Positions 14,792-28,739 of a DNA stretch of 64,000 nucleotides are shown piece by piece. Numbering within the stretch: the stretch's first letter is position 1; every line of letters begins with the position of its first letter. Position numbers and translations under genes: made by a program. The stretch is from Balanoglossus misakiensis (lineage: Eukaryota > Animalia > Hemichordata): NCBI GenBank assembly GCA_040954595.2, contig CM082590.2, positions 2,728,001-2,792,000 on the forward strand, in the 5' to 3' direction. The notes beneath the pieces were generated by a model. It saw only the letters and a list, made by a program, of their open reading frames with translations, had not been told where the DNA came from and did no database searches.

Positions 14792-15721
14792 TAAAAGCTG
14801 TATCTGCTGTGCATGCCAAGTTTTGGAAATGTAGATCAAGGGTCATTGCCAAAATTATCAAAATATTTGGGTTATGTCCTGCCAGAGTAGTACTCATGTG
14901 AACAAAATCATGACTGTTGTGCTTTTTAACAAGAGACATATCAATGTACAATTAAGTTCTGAAAGATCTTGATCAAAGGGAAAATGAAAGTTGCAAAAAA
15001 TTGTATAATTAAGTGTTAAAAAAAGGATCAATGGACATGTGAAAGTTGACAAATTTTTTTAACATTCTTGTCTTATGTTGACTCTATCCATAAAAAGGCT
15101 TGGTGTGCTATCATTCAGTAGCCTACAAATAGGAAATTTTAGTTTTTAATCGGAGTTCAGAAAATCCAATTAGGCTTCAATAAGGTTTAACCAATCACAA
15201 TTTACGCGAAAGCTTGATTAAAAAAAGATTTTGGAAATTTTTCATGGTATTTTTCAAAAATCCATAATAAATCCAAATTCACATGAACACTAACAATATT
15301 ATTTTAAAAAATTGGAACGTACAGTAAATTAGAACTTGATTGGCCTTGTAATTTTTGAAAAAAAATGTCAACTTTTAAAGGTTATCAGAAAATCCAATAT
15401 GGCCACCATGAAGAAGACAATTAAAAGAACATGCAGCATCACAGGGGCCAAAGCAGTTAGCATGGTTCCAACAGAAAGCAAACTCTGTATCTGTTGTGGA
15501 TTCATAGAATGGTAGGTAAGCCAGAGGTCACGCAAATTTGTGCCAACAAATTTTGATATCAAATTTATAAGTGTCCAACAAGAACCAAACTTCTAAGCTC
15601 AATTGGTTAACTTTAAATAGGATAAGTACATAATGATTGTGTTAAAGATTAATACTTCATTAGGTGTTCGAGTCCTCTATATTTGAAAGCCATATCTGCT
15701 GTGCATGTCAAATTATGGGAA

Positions 15722-16290
15722 AGTAGATCATGGCCAAAATTATCAAAATATTTGGGTTATGTCCAGGCAGCAATAGTACTCATGTGTACAAAATCATGAC
15801 TGTTGTGCTTTTTAACAAGAGACATATCCAAGTAGATCAAGGGTCATGGCCAAAATTATCAAAATATTTGGGTTATGTCCTGGCAGCAATAAAACTCATG
15901 TGAACAAAATCATGACTGTTGTGCTTTTTAACAAGAGACATATCCAAGTAGATCAAGGGTCATGGCCAAAATTATCAAAATATTTGGGTTATGTCCTGGC
16001 AGCAATAAAACTCATGTGAACAAAATCATGACTGTTGTGCTTTTTAACAAGAGACATATCCAAGTAGATCAAGGGTCATTGCCAAAATTATCAAAATATT
16101 TGGGTTATGTCCTGGCAGCAATAAAACTCATGTGAACAAAATCATGACTGTTGTGCTTTTTAACAAGAGACATATCCAAGTAGATCAAGGGTCATTGCCA
16201 AAATTATCAAAATATTTGGGTTATGTCCTGGCAGCAGTAGTACTCTTTGAACAAAATCATGACTGTTTAGCTTTTTATCAAGAGCCATAT
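15722..16290. repeat. 116-bp tandem array, ~5 copies
   Basis: Same unit as 11340-13760. Confidence 0.93.
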
Positions 16291-17979
16291 CCACATAAAA
16301 TTTAGTTATGGAATTACTGGGTCAAAGGACATGCGAGAGTTGCCAACAAATTGTTTAATCACGTTTTGAAAAAACTGGATCAAAGGACATGTGAAAGTTG
16401 CCAAAAAATGTAACGTATTCTAGTCATATGGCGACTCGTATCCATAAAATTAATTTGTGTGCTTTCAATGAGTAGGCTAGAAATAGAAAATCTTAGTTTT
16501 TAATCAGTGTTTAGAAAAATCCAATTTGGCTCCAATAAGGTGACACCAATCACAATTCACTTGAAAACTTGATTAGAAAAAGATGTTCTGTAATTTTTTA
16601 ATGAGATTTTTAAACAATCCAATTAGGCACCCAAAGTCACTTGACCACTAATGATATTTTTGTCAAACTTTCAACCCTACAGTAAACTAGAATTTGATTG
16701 GCCCTGTAGTTTATGAAAATGTCAACTTTTAAAGGTTATTAGAAATTCCAATATGGCCACCATGAAGAAGACAATTAGAGCTACAAGCAGCATTGGAGTG
16801 GCCAAAGCGGTTAGCATGGTTCCAACAGAAAGCAAATGCTGCATCTGTTGTGGATGCCTAGAAATGGTAAAGTATGCCAGAGGTGATGCAAAATGTGCCA
16901 ACAAAATTTGATACCAAACTGATCAGTGTCCAACAAAAAGCAGACTTCTACGCTTTATTGGTTAACTTTAAATAGCTTATATACATAATTATTGTGTTAA
17001 AGTTAATACATGTACTTTATTAGGTGTTCCAGTCCTCTAAATTTAAAAGCTGTATCTGCTGTGCATGCCAAGTTATGGGAATGTAGATCAAAAGTTACTG
17101 CCAAAATTATCAAAATATTTGGGTTATGTCCGGGCAGCAGTAGTACTCATGTGAACAAAATCACGACTCTTGTGCTTTTTAACAAGAGGCATATCAACGT
17201 AGAATTAAGTTCTGAAAGATCTGGATCAAAAGACGAATGACAGTTGCAAAAAAATTGTATAATTAAGTGTTGAAAAAATGGATGAAAGGACATGTGAAAG
17301 TTGATAAAAATTGTTTAACATATTCTGGTCTTATGGTGACTCGTATCCATAAAAAGGATTGGTGTGCTATCATTCAGTAGCCTTGAAATAGGAAATTTTA
17401 GTTTTTAATCGGAGTTCAGACAATCCAATTTGGCTTCAATAAGGTTTAACCAATCACAATTCACTTGAAAGCTTGATTAAAAAAGATTTTGGAAATTTTT
17501 CATGAGTTTTTGAAAAAATCCATAATGAATCCAAATTCACATGACCACTATTAATATAATTGAAAAAAAAAATTGGAACGGCCAGTAAATTAGAACTTGA
17601 TTGGCCCTGCAGTTTAGAAAAAAATGTCAACTTTTAGAGATTATCAGAAAATCCAATATGGCCGCCATGAAGAAGACCCAACTATAAGCAGCATTGGAGT
17701 GACCAAAGTGGTTAGCATGGTTCCAACAGAAAGCAAAGGCTGTATATGTTATGGATGCTGAGAAATGGTAAGTAAGCCAGAGGTCACGCAAATTTGTGCC
17801 AACAAATTTTGATATCAAACTGATAAGTGTCCAACAAGAACCAAACTTCTTAGCTCAATTGGTTAACTTTAAATAGGATAAGTACATAACGATTGTGTTA
17901 AAGATTAATACTTCATTAGGTGTTCCAGTCCTCTAAATTTGAAAGCCGTATCTGCTGTGCATGGCAAGTTATGGGAAAG

Positions 17980-19130
17980 TAGATCATGGCCAAAATTATC
18001 AAAATATTTGGGTTATGTCCAGGCAGCAATAGTACTCATGTGTACAAAATCATGACTGTTGTGCTTTATAACAAGAGACATATCCAAGTAGATCAAGGGT
18101 CATTGCCAAAATTATCAAAATATTTGGGTTATGTCCTGGCAACAATAAAACTCATGTGAACAAAATCATGACTGTTGTGCTTTTTAACAAGAGACATATC
18201 CAAGTAGATCAAGGGTCATTGCCAAAATGATCAAAATATATGGGTTGTGTCCTGGCAGCAATAAAACTCATGTAAACAAAATCATGACTGTTGTGCTTTT
18301 TAACAAGAGACATATCCAAGTAGATCAAGGGTCATTGCCAAAATTATCAAAATATTTGGGTTATGTCCTGGCAGCAATAAAACTCATGTGAACAAAATCA
18401 TGACTGTTGTGCTTTTTAACAAGAGACATATCCAAGTAGATCAAGGGTCATTGCCAAAATTATCAAAATATTTGGGTTATGTCCAGGCAGCAATAGTACT
18501 CATGTGAACAAAATCATGACTGTTGTGCTTTTTAACAAGAGACATATCCAAGTAGATCAAGGGTCATTGCCAAAATTATCAAAATATTTGGGTTATGTCC
18601 AGGCAGCAATAGTACTCATGTGAACAAAATCATGACTGTTGTGCTTTTTAACAAGAGGCATATCCAAGTAGATCAAGGGTCATTGCCAAAATTATCAAAA
18701 TATTTGGGTTATGTCCAGGCAGCAATAGTACTCATGTGAACAAAATCATGACTGTTGTGCTTTTTAACAAGAGACATATCCAAGTAGATCAAGGGTCATT
18801 GCCAAAATTATCAAAATATTTGGGTTATGTCCTGGCAGCAGTAGTACTCATATGAACAAAATCACGACTGTTGTGCTTTTTAACAAGAGGCATATCCAAG
18901 TAGATCAAGGGTCATTGCCAAAATTATCAAAATATTTGGGTTATGTCCAGGCAGCAATAGTACTCATGTGAACAAAATCATGACTGTTGTGCTTTTTAAC
19001 AAGAGACATATCCAAGTAGATCAAGGGTCATTGCCAAAATTATCAAAATATTTGGGTTATGTCCTGGCAGCAGTAGTACTCATGTAAACAAAATCACGAC
19101 TGTTGTGCTTTTTAACAAGAGGCATATCAA
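17980..19130. repeat. 116-bp tandem array, ~10 copies
   Basis: Same unit as 11340-13760. Confidence 0.95.
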
Positions 19131-19909
19131 CGTAGAATTAAGTTCTGAAAGATCTGGATCAAAAGACGAATGAAAGTTGCAAAAAAATTGTATAATTAAG
19201 TGTTGAAAAAATGGATGAAAGGACATGTGAAAGTTGATAAAAATTGTTTAACATATTTTGGTCTTATGGTGACTCGTATCCATAAAAAGGATTGGTGTGC
19301 TATCATTCAGTAGCCTTGAAATAGGAAATTTTAGTTTTTAATCGGAGTTCAGACAATCCAATTTGGCTTCAATAAGGTTTAACCAATCACAATTCACTTG
19401 AAAGCTTGATTAAAAAAGATTTTGGAAATCTTCATGAGTTTTTGAAAAAATCCATAATAAATCCAAATTCACATGACCACTATTAATATAATTGAAAAAA
19501 AAATTGGAACGGCCAGTAAATTAGAACTTGATTGGCCCTGCAGTTTAGAAAAAAATGTGAACTTTTAGAGATTATCAGAAAATCCAATATGGCCCCCATG
19601 AAGAAGACCCAACTATAAGCAGCATTGGAGTGACCAAAGTGGTTAGCATGGTTCCAACAGAAAGCAAAGGCTGTATCTGTTATGGATGCTGAGAAATGGT
19701 AAGTAAGCCAGAGGTCACGCAAATTTGTGCCAACAAATTTTGACATCAAACTGATAAGTGTCCAACAAGAACCAAACTTCAAAGGTCAATTGGTTAACTT
19801 TAAATAGGATAAGTACATAACGATTGTGTTAAAGATTAATACTTCATTAGGTGTTCCAGTCCTCTAAATTTGAAAGCCGTATCTGCTGTGCATGGCAAGT
19901 TATGGGAAA

Positions 19910-21525
19910 GTAGATCATGGCCAAAATTATCAAAATATTTGGGTTATGTCCAGGCAGCAATAGTACTCATGTGTACAAAATCATGACTGTTGTGCTTTTT
20001 AACAAGAGACATATCCAAGTAGATCAAGGGTCATGGCCAAAATTATCAAAATATTTGGGTTATGTCCTGGCAGCAATAAAACTCATGTGAACAAAATCAT
20101 GACTGTTGTGCTTTTTAACAAGAGACATATCCAAGTAGATCAAGGGTCATTGCCAAAATTATCAAAATATTTGGGTTATGTCCTGGCAGCAATATAACTC
20201 ATGTGAACAAAATCATGACTGTTGTGCTTTTTAACAAGAGACCTATCCAAGTAGATCAAGGGTCATTGCCAAAATTATCAAAATATTTTGGTTATGTCCT
20301 GGCAGCAATAAAACTCATGTGAACACAATAATGACTGTTGTGCTTTTTAACAAGAGACATATCCAAGTAGATCAAGGGTCATTGCCAAAATTATCAAAAT
20401 ATTTGGGTTATGTCCTGGCAGCAATAAAACTCGTGTGAACACAATCATGACTGTTGTGCTTTTTAACAAGAGACATATCCAAGTAGATCAAGGGTCATTG
20501 CCAAAATTATCAAAATATTTGGGTTATGTCCTGGCAGCAATAAAACTCATGTGAACACAATCATGACTGTTGTGCTTTTTAACAAGAGGCATATCCAAGT
20601 AGATCAAGGATCATTGCCAACATTATCAAAATATGTAGGTTATGTCCAGGCAGCAATAAAACTCATGTGAACACAATTATGACTGTTGTGTTTTTTAACA
20701 AGAGACATATCCAAATAGATCAAGGGTCATTGCCAAAATGATCAAAATATATGGGTTGTGTCCTGGCAGCAATAAAACTCATGTAAACAAAATCATGACT
20801 GTTGTGCTTTTTAACAAGAGACATATCCAAGTAGATCAAGGGTCATTGCCAAAATTATCAAAATATTTGGGTTATGTCCTGGCAGCAATAAAACTCATGT
20901 GAACAAAATCATGACTGTTGTGCTTTTTAACAAGAGACATATCCAAGTAGATCAAGGGTCATTGCCAAAATTATCAAAATATTTGGGTTATGTCCAGGCA
21001 GCAATAGTACTCATGTGAACAAAATCATGACTGTTGTGCTTTTTAACAAGAGACATATCCAAGTAGATCAAGGGTCATTGCCAAAATTATCAAAATATTT
21101 GGGTTATGTCCAGGCAGCAATAGTACTCATGTGAACAAAATCATGACTGTTGTGCTTTTTAACAAGAGGCATATCCAAGTAGATCAAGGGTCATTGCCAA
21201 AATTATCAAAATATTTGGGTTATGTCCTGGCAGCAGTAGTACTCATATGAACAAAATCACGACTGTTGTGCTTTTTAACAAGAGGCATATCCAAGTAGAT
21301 CAAGGGTCATTGCCAAAATTATCAAAATATTTGGGTTATGTCCAGGCAGCAATAGTACTCATGTGAACAAAATCATGACTGTTGTGCTTTTTAACAAGAG
21401 ACATATCCAAGTAGATCAAGGGTCATTGCCAAAATTATCAAAATATTTGGGTTATGTCCTGGCAGCAGTAGTACTCATGTAAACAAAATCACGACTGTTG
21501 TGCTTTTTAACAAGAGGCATATCAA
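19910..21525. repeat. 116-bp tandem array, ~14 copies
   Basis: Same unit as 11340-13760. Confidence 0.95.
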
Positions 21526-22304
21526 CGTAGAATTAAGTTCTGAAAGATCTGGATCAAAAGACGAATGAAAGTTGCAAAAAAATTGTATAATTAAGTGTTG
21601 AAAAAATGGATGAAAGGACATGTGAAAGTTGATAAAAATTGTTTAACATATTTTGGTCTTATGGTGACTCGTATCCATAAAAAGGATTGGTGTGCTATCA
21701 TTCAGTAGCCTTGAAATAGGAAATTTTAGTTTTTAATCGGAGTTCAGACAATCCAATTTGGCTTCAATAAGGTTTAACCAATCACAATTCACTTGAAAGC
21801 TTGATTAAAAAAGATTTTGGAAATCTTCATGAGTTTTTGAAAAAATCCATAATAAATCCAAATTCACATGACCACTATTAATATAATTGAAAAAAAAATT
21901 GGAACGGCCAGTAAATTAGAACTTGATTGGCCCTGCAGTTTAGAAAAAAATGTGAACTTTTAGAGATTATCAGAAAATCCAATATGGCCCCCATGAAGAA
22001 GACCCAACTATAAGCAGCATTGGAGTGACCAAAGTGGTTAGCATGGTTCCAACAGAAAGCAAAGGCTGTATCTGTTATGGATGCTGAGAAATGGTAAGTA
22101 AGCCAGAGGTCACGCAAATTTGTGCCAACAAATTTTGACATCAAACTGATAAGTGTCCAACAAGAACCAAACTTCAAAGCTCAATTGGTTAACTTTAAAT
22201 AGGATAAGTACATAACGATTGTGTTAAAGATTAATACTTCATTAGGTGTTCCAGTCCTCTAAATTTGAAAGCCGTATCTGCTGTGCATGGCAAGTTATGG
22301 GAAA

Positions 22305-24045
22305 GTAGATCATGGCCAAAATTATCAAAATACTTGGGTTATGTCCAGGCAGCAATAGTACTCATGTGTACAAAATCATGACTGTTGTGCTTTTTAACAA
22401 GAGACATATCCAAGTAGATCAAGGGTCATGGCCAAAATTATCAAAATATTTGGGTTATGTCCTGGCAGCAATAAAACTCATGTGAACAAAATCATGACTG
22501 TTGTGCTTTTTAACAAGAGACATATCCAAGTAGATCAAGGGTCATTGCCAAAATTATCAAAATATTTGGGTTATGTCCTGGCAGCAATATAACTCATGTG
22601 AACAAAATCATGACTGTTGTGCTTTTTAACAAGAGACCTATCCAAGTAGATCAAGGGTCATTGCCAAAATTATCAAAATATTTTGGTTATGTCCTGGCAG
22701 CAATAAAACTCATGTGAACACAATAATGACTGTTGTGCTTTTTAACAAGAGACATATCCAAGTAGATCAAGGGTCATTGCCAAAATTATCAAAATATTTG
22801 GGTTATGTCCTGGCAGCAATAAAACTCGTGTGAACACAATCATGACTGTTGTGCTTTTTAACAAGAGACATATCCAAGTAGATCAAGGGTCATTGCCAAA
22901 ATTATCAAAATATTTGGGTTATGTCCTGGCAGCAATAAAACTCATGTGAACACAATCATGACTGTTGTGCTTTTTAACAAGAGGCATATCCAAGTAGATC
23001 AAGGATCATTGCCAACATTATCAAAATATGTAGGTTATGTCCAGGCAGCAATAAAACTCATGTGAACACAATTATGACTGTTGTGTTTTTTAACAAGAGA
23101 CATATCCAAGTAGATCAAGGGTCATTGCCAAAATTATCAAAATATTTTGGTTATGTCCTGGCAGCAATAGTACTCATGTGAACAAAATCATGACTGTTGT
23201 GCTTTTTAACAAGAGACATATCCAAGTAGATCAAGGGTCATTGCCAAAATTATCAAAATATTTGGGTTATGTTCAGGCAGCAATAGTACTCATGTGAACA
23301 AAATCATGACTGTTGTGCTTTTTAACAAGAGGCATATCCAAGTAGATCAAGGGTCATTGCCAAAATTATCAAAATATTTGGGTTATGTCCTGGCAGCAGT
23401 AGTACTCATATGAACAAAATCACGACTGTTGTGCTTTTTAACAAGAGGCATATCCAAGTAGATCAAGGGTCATTGCCAAAATTATCAAAATATTTTGGTT
23501 ATGTCCTGGCAGCAATAAAACTCATGTGAACACAATAATGACTGTTGTGCTTTTTAACAAGAGACATATCCAAGTAGATCAAGGGTCATTGCCAAAATTA
23601 TCAAAATATTTGGGTTATGTCCTGGCAGCAATAAAACTCGTGTGAACACAATCATGACTGTTGTGCTTTTTAACAAGAGACATATCCAAGTAGATCAAGG
23701 GTCATTGCCAAAATTATCAAAATATTTGGGTTATGTCCTGGCAGCAATAAAACTCATGTGAACACAATCATGACTGTTGTGCTTTTTAACAAGAGGCATA
23801 TCCAAGTAGATCAAGGATCATTGCCAAAATTATCAAAATATTTGGGTTATGTCCTGGCAGCAATAAAACTCATGTGAACACAATTATGACTGTTGTGCTT
23901 TTTAACAAGACTAGAGACATATCCAAGTAGAACAAGGGTCATTGCCAAAATTATCAAAATATTTGGGTTATGTCCTGGCAGCAATAAAACTCATGTGAAC
24001 ACAATCATGACTGTTGTGCTTTTTAACAAGAGACATATCCAAGTA
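22305..24045. repeat. 116-bp tandem array, ~15 copies
   Basis: Same unit as 11340-13760. Confidence 0.95.
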
Positions 24046-24589
24046 CAATTCAGTTCTAACAAATCTGAATCAAAGGACATGTGAAATTTGCCAAAAAATG
24101 TAACGTATTCTATACATATGGTGACTCGTATCAATAAAATGAATGTGTGCTTTAAATGAGTAGGCTAGAAATAGGAAATCTTTGTCTTTAATTAGAGTTC
24201 AGAAAGTCCAATTTGGCTCCAATAAGGTTTAACTAATCACAATACACTTGAAAACTTGATTAGAAAAAGATTTTGGAAATGTTAAATGAGATTTTTCAAC
24301 ATTCCATAATGAATCCAAAGTCGCATGACCACTAACAATATTATTGAAAAAAATTGGAAGGGACAGTAAATTAGAACTTGATTGGCCATGTAGTTTTGAA
24401 AAAATGTCAACTTTAAGAGGTTATCAGAAAATCCAATATGGCCAACATGAAGAAGACAATTAAAGGAACATGCAACATTACAGGGGCCAAAGCAGTTAGC
24501 ATGGTTCCAACAGAAAGCAAACTCTGTATCTGTTGTGGATGGCTAGAAATGGTAAGCCAGAGGTCACTATGTCTATGTATAATTAACTT

Positions 24590-25065
24590 CTTAAAACATA
24601 GCGTATAGGAAACTGTTGTGCCATTTGGGGATTACACAGATTTTAGGTATTCACCAGAATTAAATCGCGGGCGACATTGGCAAGCATATATGGCAAAAAT
24701 ATTCAAATACTATGGAAACATAAAAAAATTCACCATGCTCAATCAAGTGTTATGTGTCACTGCAATCTTACAAGCAGCACTAAAAAAAACAGATTTTTGT
24801 CCAAAAACTGTCTGTAAAATACATGCGAGTATGACAAGCTAATTAGTCCAATCAGACAGAGGCATTCACTGACCTACCACCAGTTTATAATAAAATAACC
24901 GGTGGTCTCTGTAACAGCTGGACCACAACTGATTTTTGTCCAAAAACTGTCTGTAAAATATATGCGAGTATGACAAGCTAATTAGTCCAATCAGACAGAG
25001 GCATTCACTGACCTACCACCAGTTTATAATAAAATAGCCGGTGGTCTCTGTAACAGCTGGACCGG
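24590..25065 (+). mobile_element. Interspersed non-autonomous element with an internal 139-bp duplication
   Basis: It is collinear with the reverse complement of 44250-44563 (shared ATAGCGT..GGA.ACTGT, CACCAGAAT, CACTGACCT.CCAC and TGGTCTCT.T.ACAGCTGG). The 139-bp repeat lies at 24792 and 24931. Confidence 0.65.
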
Positions 25066-28000
25066 TAAAATTATATAAGGCTGTTTATTTTACTGATAAA
25101 AAATTTTATAGGTCTTTGTAGGTTATAATAAAGAAAATTATCAAAATCGGTTCACCAGTTTTCAAGGTACAAAAGCATCAAAAAATACTGATATTCTCAA
25201 GTATCTTCAACATTTTTCAAAAAATTATGCACGATTCACAGAAGAATACTTCTTTCAGTTTTACAGGAGATCATCTAAACTTGTAAAGAAAATCTCTCTA
25301 TTTTTTGCATGGCACCATGGGAAATATGAAATTTTGCAATGTTTGATGTTCCGTGTCTCAATCATAGTTGATCTAATTGTAACGAAATTTTCAGAATATA
25401 TTACAATATATGTGCAGATACAGATAGTGACTTCAGTTTTTGATATCTGGATTACAATTTAAATTCCCAGGCGCTCAAAAAAGGAAAAACCTAGCATTTT
25501 ACCATTGCAAATGGGCGGCCATATTGGATTGATATTTCATTAGATGGCAATATCTGTTTATACACATAGAATATATAACTGAAATTATAATTATACACAG
25601 GTCTATGAAATGCAAAGAAAATGTATTTCTAGGAAAGAACACCCATGGGCATTCAGCTCTAAGCAGATAACATCAGTCACTTTGAAGACATGTCACTTCC
25701 CAGACTTGACTAAACAAACTTCCAACCCTGAAGTGAAACGCATCTCCGAGTTGCATACACAATATGATCATATAATGTTAGATATTTATCATGGTTTAAG
25801 TGAAAACAAATTAGGAGATGTAAACACCCCTGCCATTTATTCAGTGCCATATAATGCTGCCATTATGCACATATTGACTCTAGCCACTTTCCCAGTGGGA
25901 GGAAAAAGACTTTAATGGACACCAAGCGGGAAGAAACGAAAGTTACTAAGTTTTTGGCATTTCATTTTTATTTGTGAGATCGAGAAATTAAAATATGACA
26001 AGTTTAGAAAATAATCAGATTACACAGTATGTCCCAGTTCGTATGGCGGCCATATTGGATTCTGAACTCTCTAGTGATATAAACATATAGTGTACTTGGC
26101 GAGTCTCAGTATAGGGAAATCAACACAATCAGACAAAACTTGGGTTACCCATTGCAATAATACTATCAAATTTCAAAGCAATCCCATATGCAGTTTCAGA
26201 AAAATCAGTATTTTCACCAAAATTGTACAATATCTTACGTCAATCGCTTCAGGGAACATGCCTACCAAAGCTCAAGGCAATCTGACAATCAGTTTGAAAG
26301 AAAATAATTTTTAATGAAAAATTCCAAAACTATCACACACAAAACGCAAATATGCATATTTCAAGTATTTTTCTAAAACATCTCACTTAATTATTCCCAA
26401 GGAACAACCCTGCAAAATTTGAAAGCAATCTGACAAGCAGTTTTAGATAAAACAATTTTTGACCAAAAAAGACAAAAAATTCTACAAAATTATAAATATG
26501 CACATTTTTCATCAACCAGGTTTTCATCAAATAGGACCATATATCCAAATGTATGCTTCAAAGCAACACGACTCTCAGAGAAAAAAATGCTTGTCACCCT
26601 GGTCAAAAATTTGGTTTTACTAAAACATCAAATCGGTTATCTCTCAAAGCTAAAAGGGTTATCACCAAACAGATTACAATTTTCTTTACTTGTGGTGGTT
26701 TTGGTTTTATCGGTTTGCCCAATAAAAATTAGGATAATTGTTTAAGTATGCCAACAGTGAGGTGGAAATCACACCAGAAAAGCGAAAATACGCCAACAAC
26801 ATGTAAACAGTAAAATGTTACGAAAAAACAAACAGAAAAGCGAAAATACACCAACCACGTTTAAACCGTAAAATTAAAAAAAATGCAAACACTGGCTCTA
26901 CGTGCGCTTAGGCAAGAGGCCTAGCAATAAAATTCTCACAGAGTATAACCCTATAAATATGTCTAGACTTTCTCGATTATGACCTCAGGGTCAGCAGCGA
27001 AGCCATACACAGAATGGCCGAGAGGCATGGCTAGCTGCACGCCCGTAGCTCGGATTTTTTTCTGGAATAAGACCTACTTCTGTTCAACTACAAGGTGTTG
27101 AACGGATAGCTGCAAATCACCTAATACCAGACTAAACAATCGAGCGACGGTAACGTAGCTACATAGGCTATGGTACTAAAAGCAATGACTGGATTATGAG
27201 CCTACCGAAAAGACGTCTTGATCCCGCGGCAGTAAGAAGGAAAGTGGTCGAAACCCGGCGTCGCACACCGGAAACGGGTCAATGATCACCTGTTGTTATG
27301 GAGAGTGGGACTTGTTACCCAATCACAGACCATAGTTAGCATTACGACACACTAATGAATATGCATACATGCTATAGCTGCATATTTTATTATTTTAGAA
27401 CGCACTGGAACATGCTCGCATTCGAAGGAATATTCCATTTGTATATGCAAATAGCAAACCTATGTTCTCGAGTGTGAGTGCACCATTGTCTCAGGGGGGT
27501 GGCTCACGTCCCAAAGAACAGGGGGTAATTTTCTACCACAGCCGCGCATTTCAAACCGAGCAAGCAAACTGCTAACTTCCGTTGTCTGGGCAACATTTTG
27601 ATGTGCGTTAAGTTTTGCACCTATTCGACTTTGAGGAAACAGACCTATAATACTCCCTAATGTGGTTCTCTTTCTGGGTCATTTTGTTGGTCCAACCACG
27701 ATCCACGAGATCGTAAACTGCTTGGATTAGGGCGCGTTAGGAAGCTGCAGCTGCGGCCGCAGGTCAAGTCGGTGTGTGTTGTATTTAACAAACATGGTGA
27801 ATGTGTTCGGCACAGCAACATGCTCGCTCTACCCACAGCCACTGTACCGTACTGTCGATCGTTTCCATGTCTGTTTCACGCTCGCTCTTTATAATGCCCT
27901 TATCACGCCTCCCGTATTGTGTTCATGATATGACAGTCCCACTAATCTGACAACACGCTCGCTTTTATTATGTCAATTTGTCCCGTTCGCTAGCACTGCG

Positions 28001-28739
28001 TTCAGGCCTGCATTCACCATTAACAGACTATCCCATTCGCCAACTTTACTGAACTACAAAGTGAAGAAACAGTTTGCGTCTTGGCCGAAACAACCGGGGT
28101 CATGGAAATTAAAGGCCGAACCGAGAAGATTAAGTGCCATTCCCGAAGTAACGACCAACCAATGTTTACAGAGAAATCAGATGACATCAAATAGCGGAGT
28201 TCTTATCCTGTCGGGATGCGTTTACCTCGGAATCGGCGAAGTTTTTTTGTCGTCGAGTTTGATTTCATGGACGATGCAGTCTAGTTATTTGATGATCCAT
28301 AATTGATATTTTTTTGGGGGGGGGGGGGGGGTCCTGGTGTCGATAATTCGAGGCAGGAGAAGAAATGTGCCGCCAGCGCAAATTGCCGTTTTTCTCGCTC
28401 TGTTTAGTCGATTTTGACAACTTCAAAAGTATTAAACTTCACTCTGCGTTGGTCGAGAGGTCTTAAATTTTACCCATCCAACAAAACAAACGTTTGTAGT
28501 CAATAAAGTGTTCTTGGCGGGAATTAAAATTGATTCAATGCAATTCAAGTTTGAATTTGATCAAATTTTCTAAATATAGATAAATCGACAGGCCAACACT
28601 GTCCATGCACCAAAAAGAACAGCTGGTCGCGGAGATGAATTTTGTTTTTGTATATAACAAAATACCCTACAAAATATAAAAGTTCCGAATTACCTATAAT
28701 TTGATTCCATTATAATTCCAATACTATTAACTCAATTTT

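Larger units (their letters stand above)
4110..24570. repeat. Hierarchical macrosatellite with ~900-bp monomers (12 anchored copies plus a degenerate first copy)
   Basis: The anchor AAATCCAATATGGCC lies at ~5480, 6378, 9080, 10107, 11010, 14215, 15390, 16745, 17650, 19580, 21975 and 24430. Spacing is ~900 bp where nothing is inserted or amplified. Confidence 0.95.

Noticed and set aside
11340-24045. 116-bp arrays as a CRISPR-like system
   Set aside because: The units are contiguous near-identical repeats with no unique spacers, no cas genes and a eukaryotic context.
4307-24084. Many recurring 60-100 aa ORFs in the macrosatellite as a small-protein gene family
   Set aside because: They occur on both strands, frames break between copies, there is no splice structure or domain, and their recurrence follows the DNA repeat.
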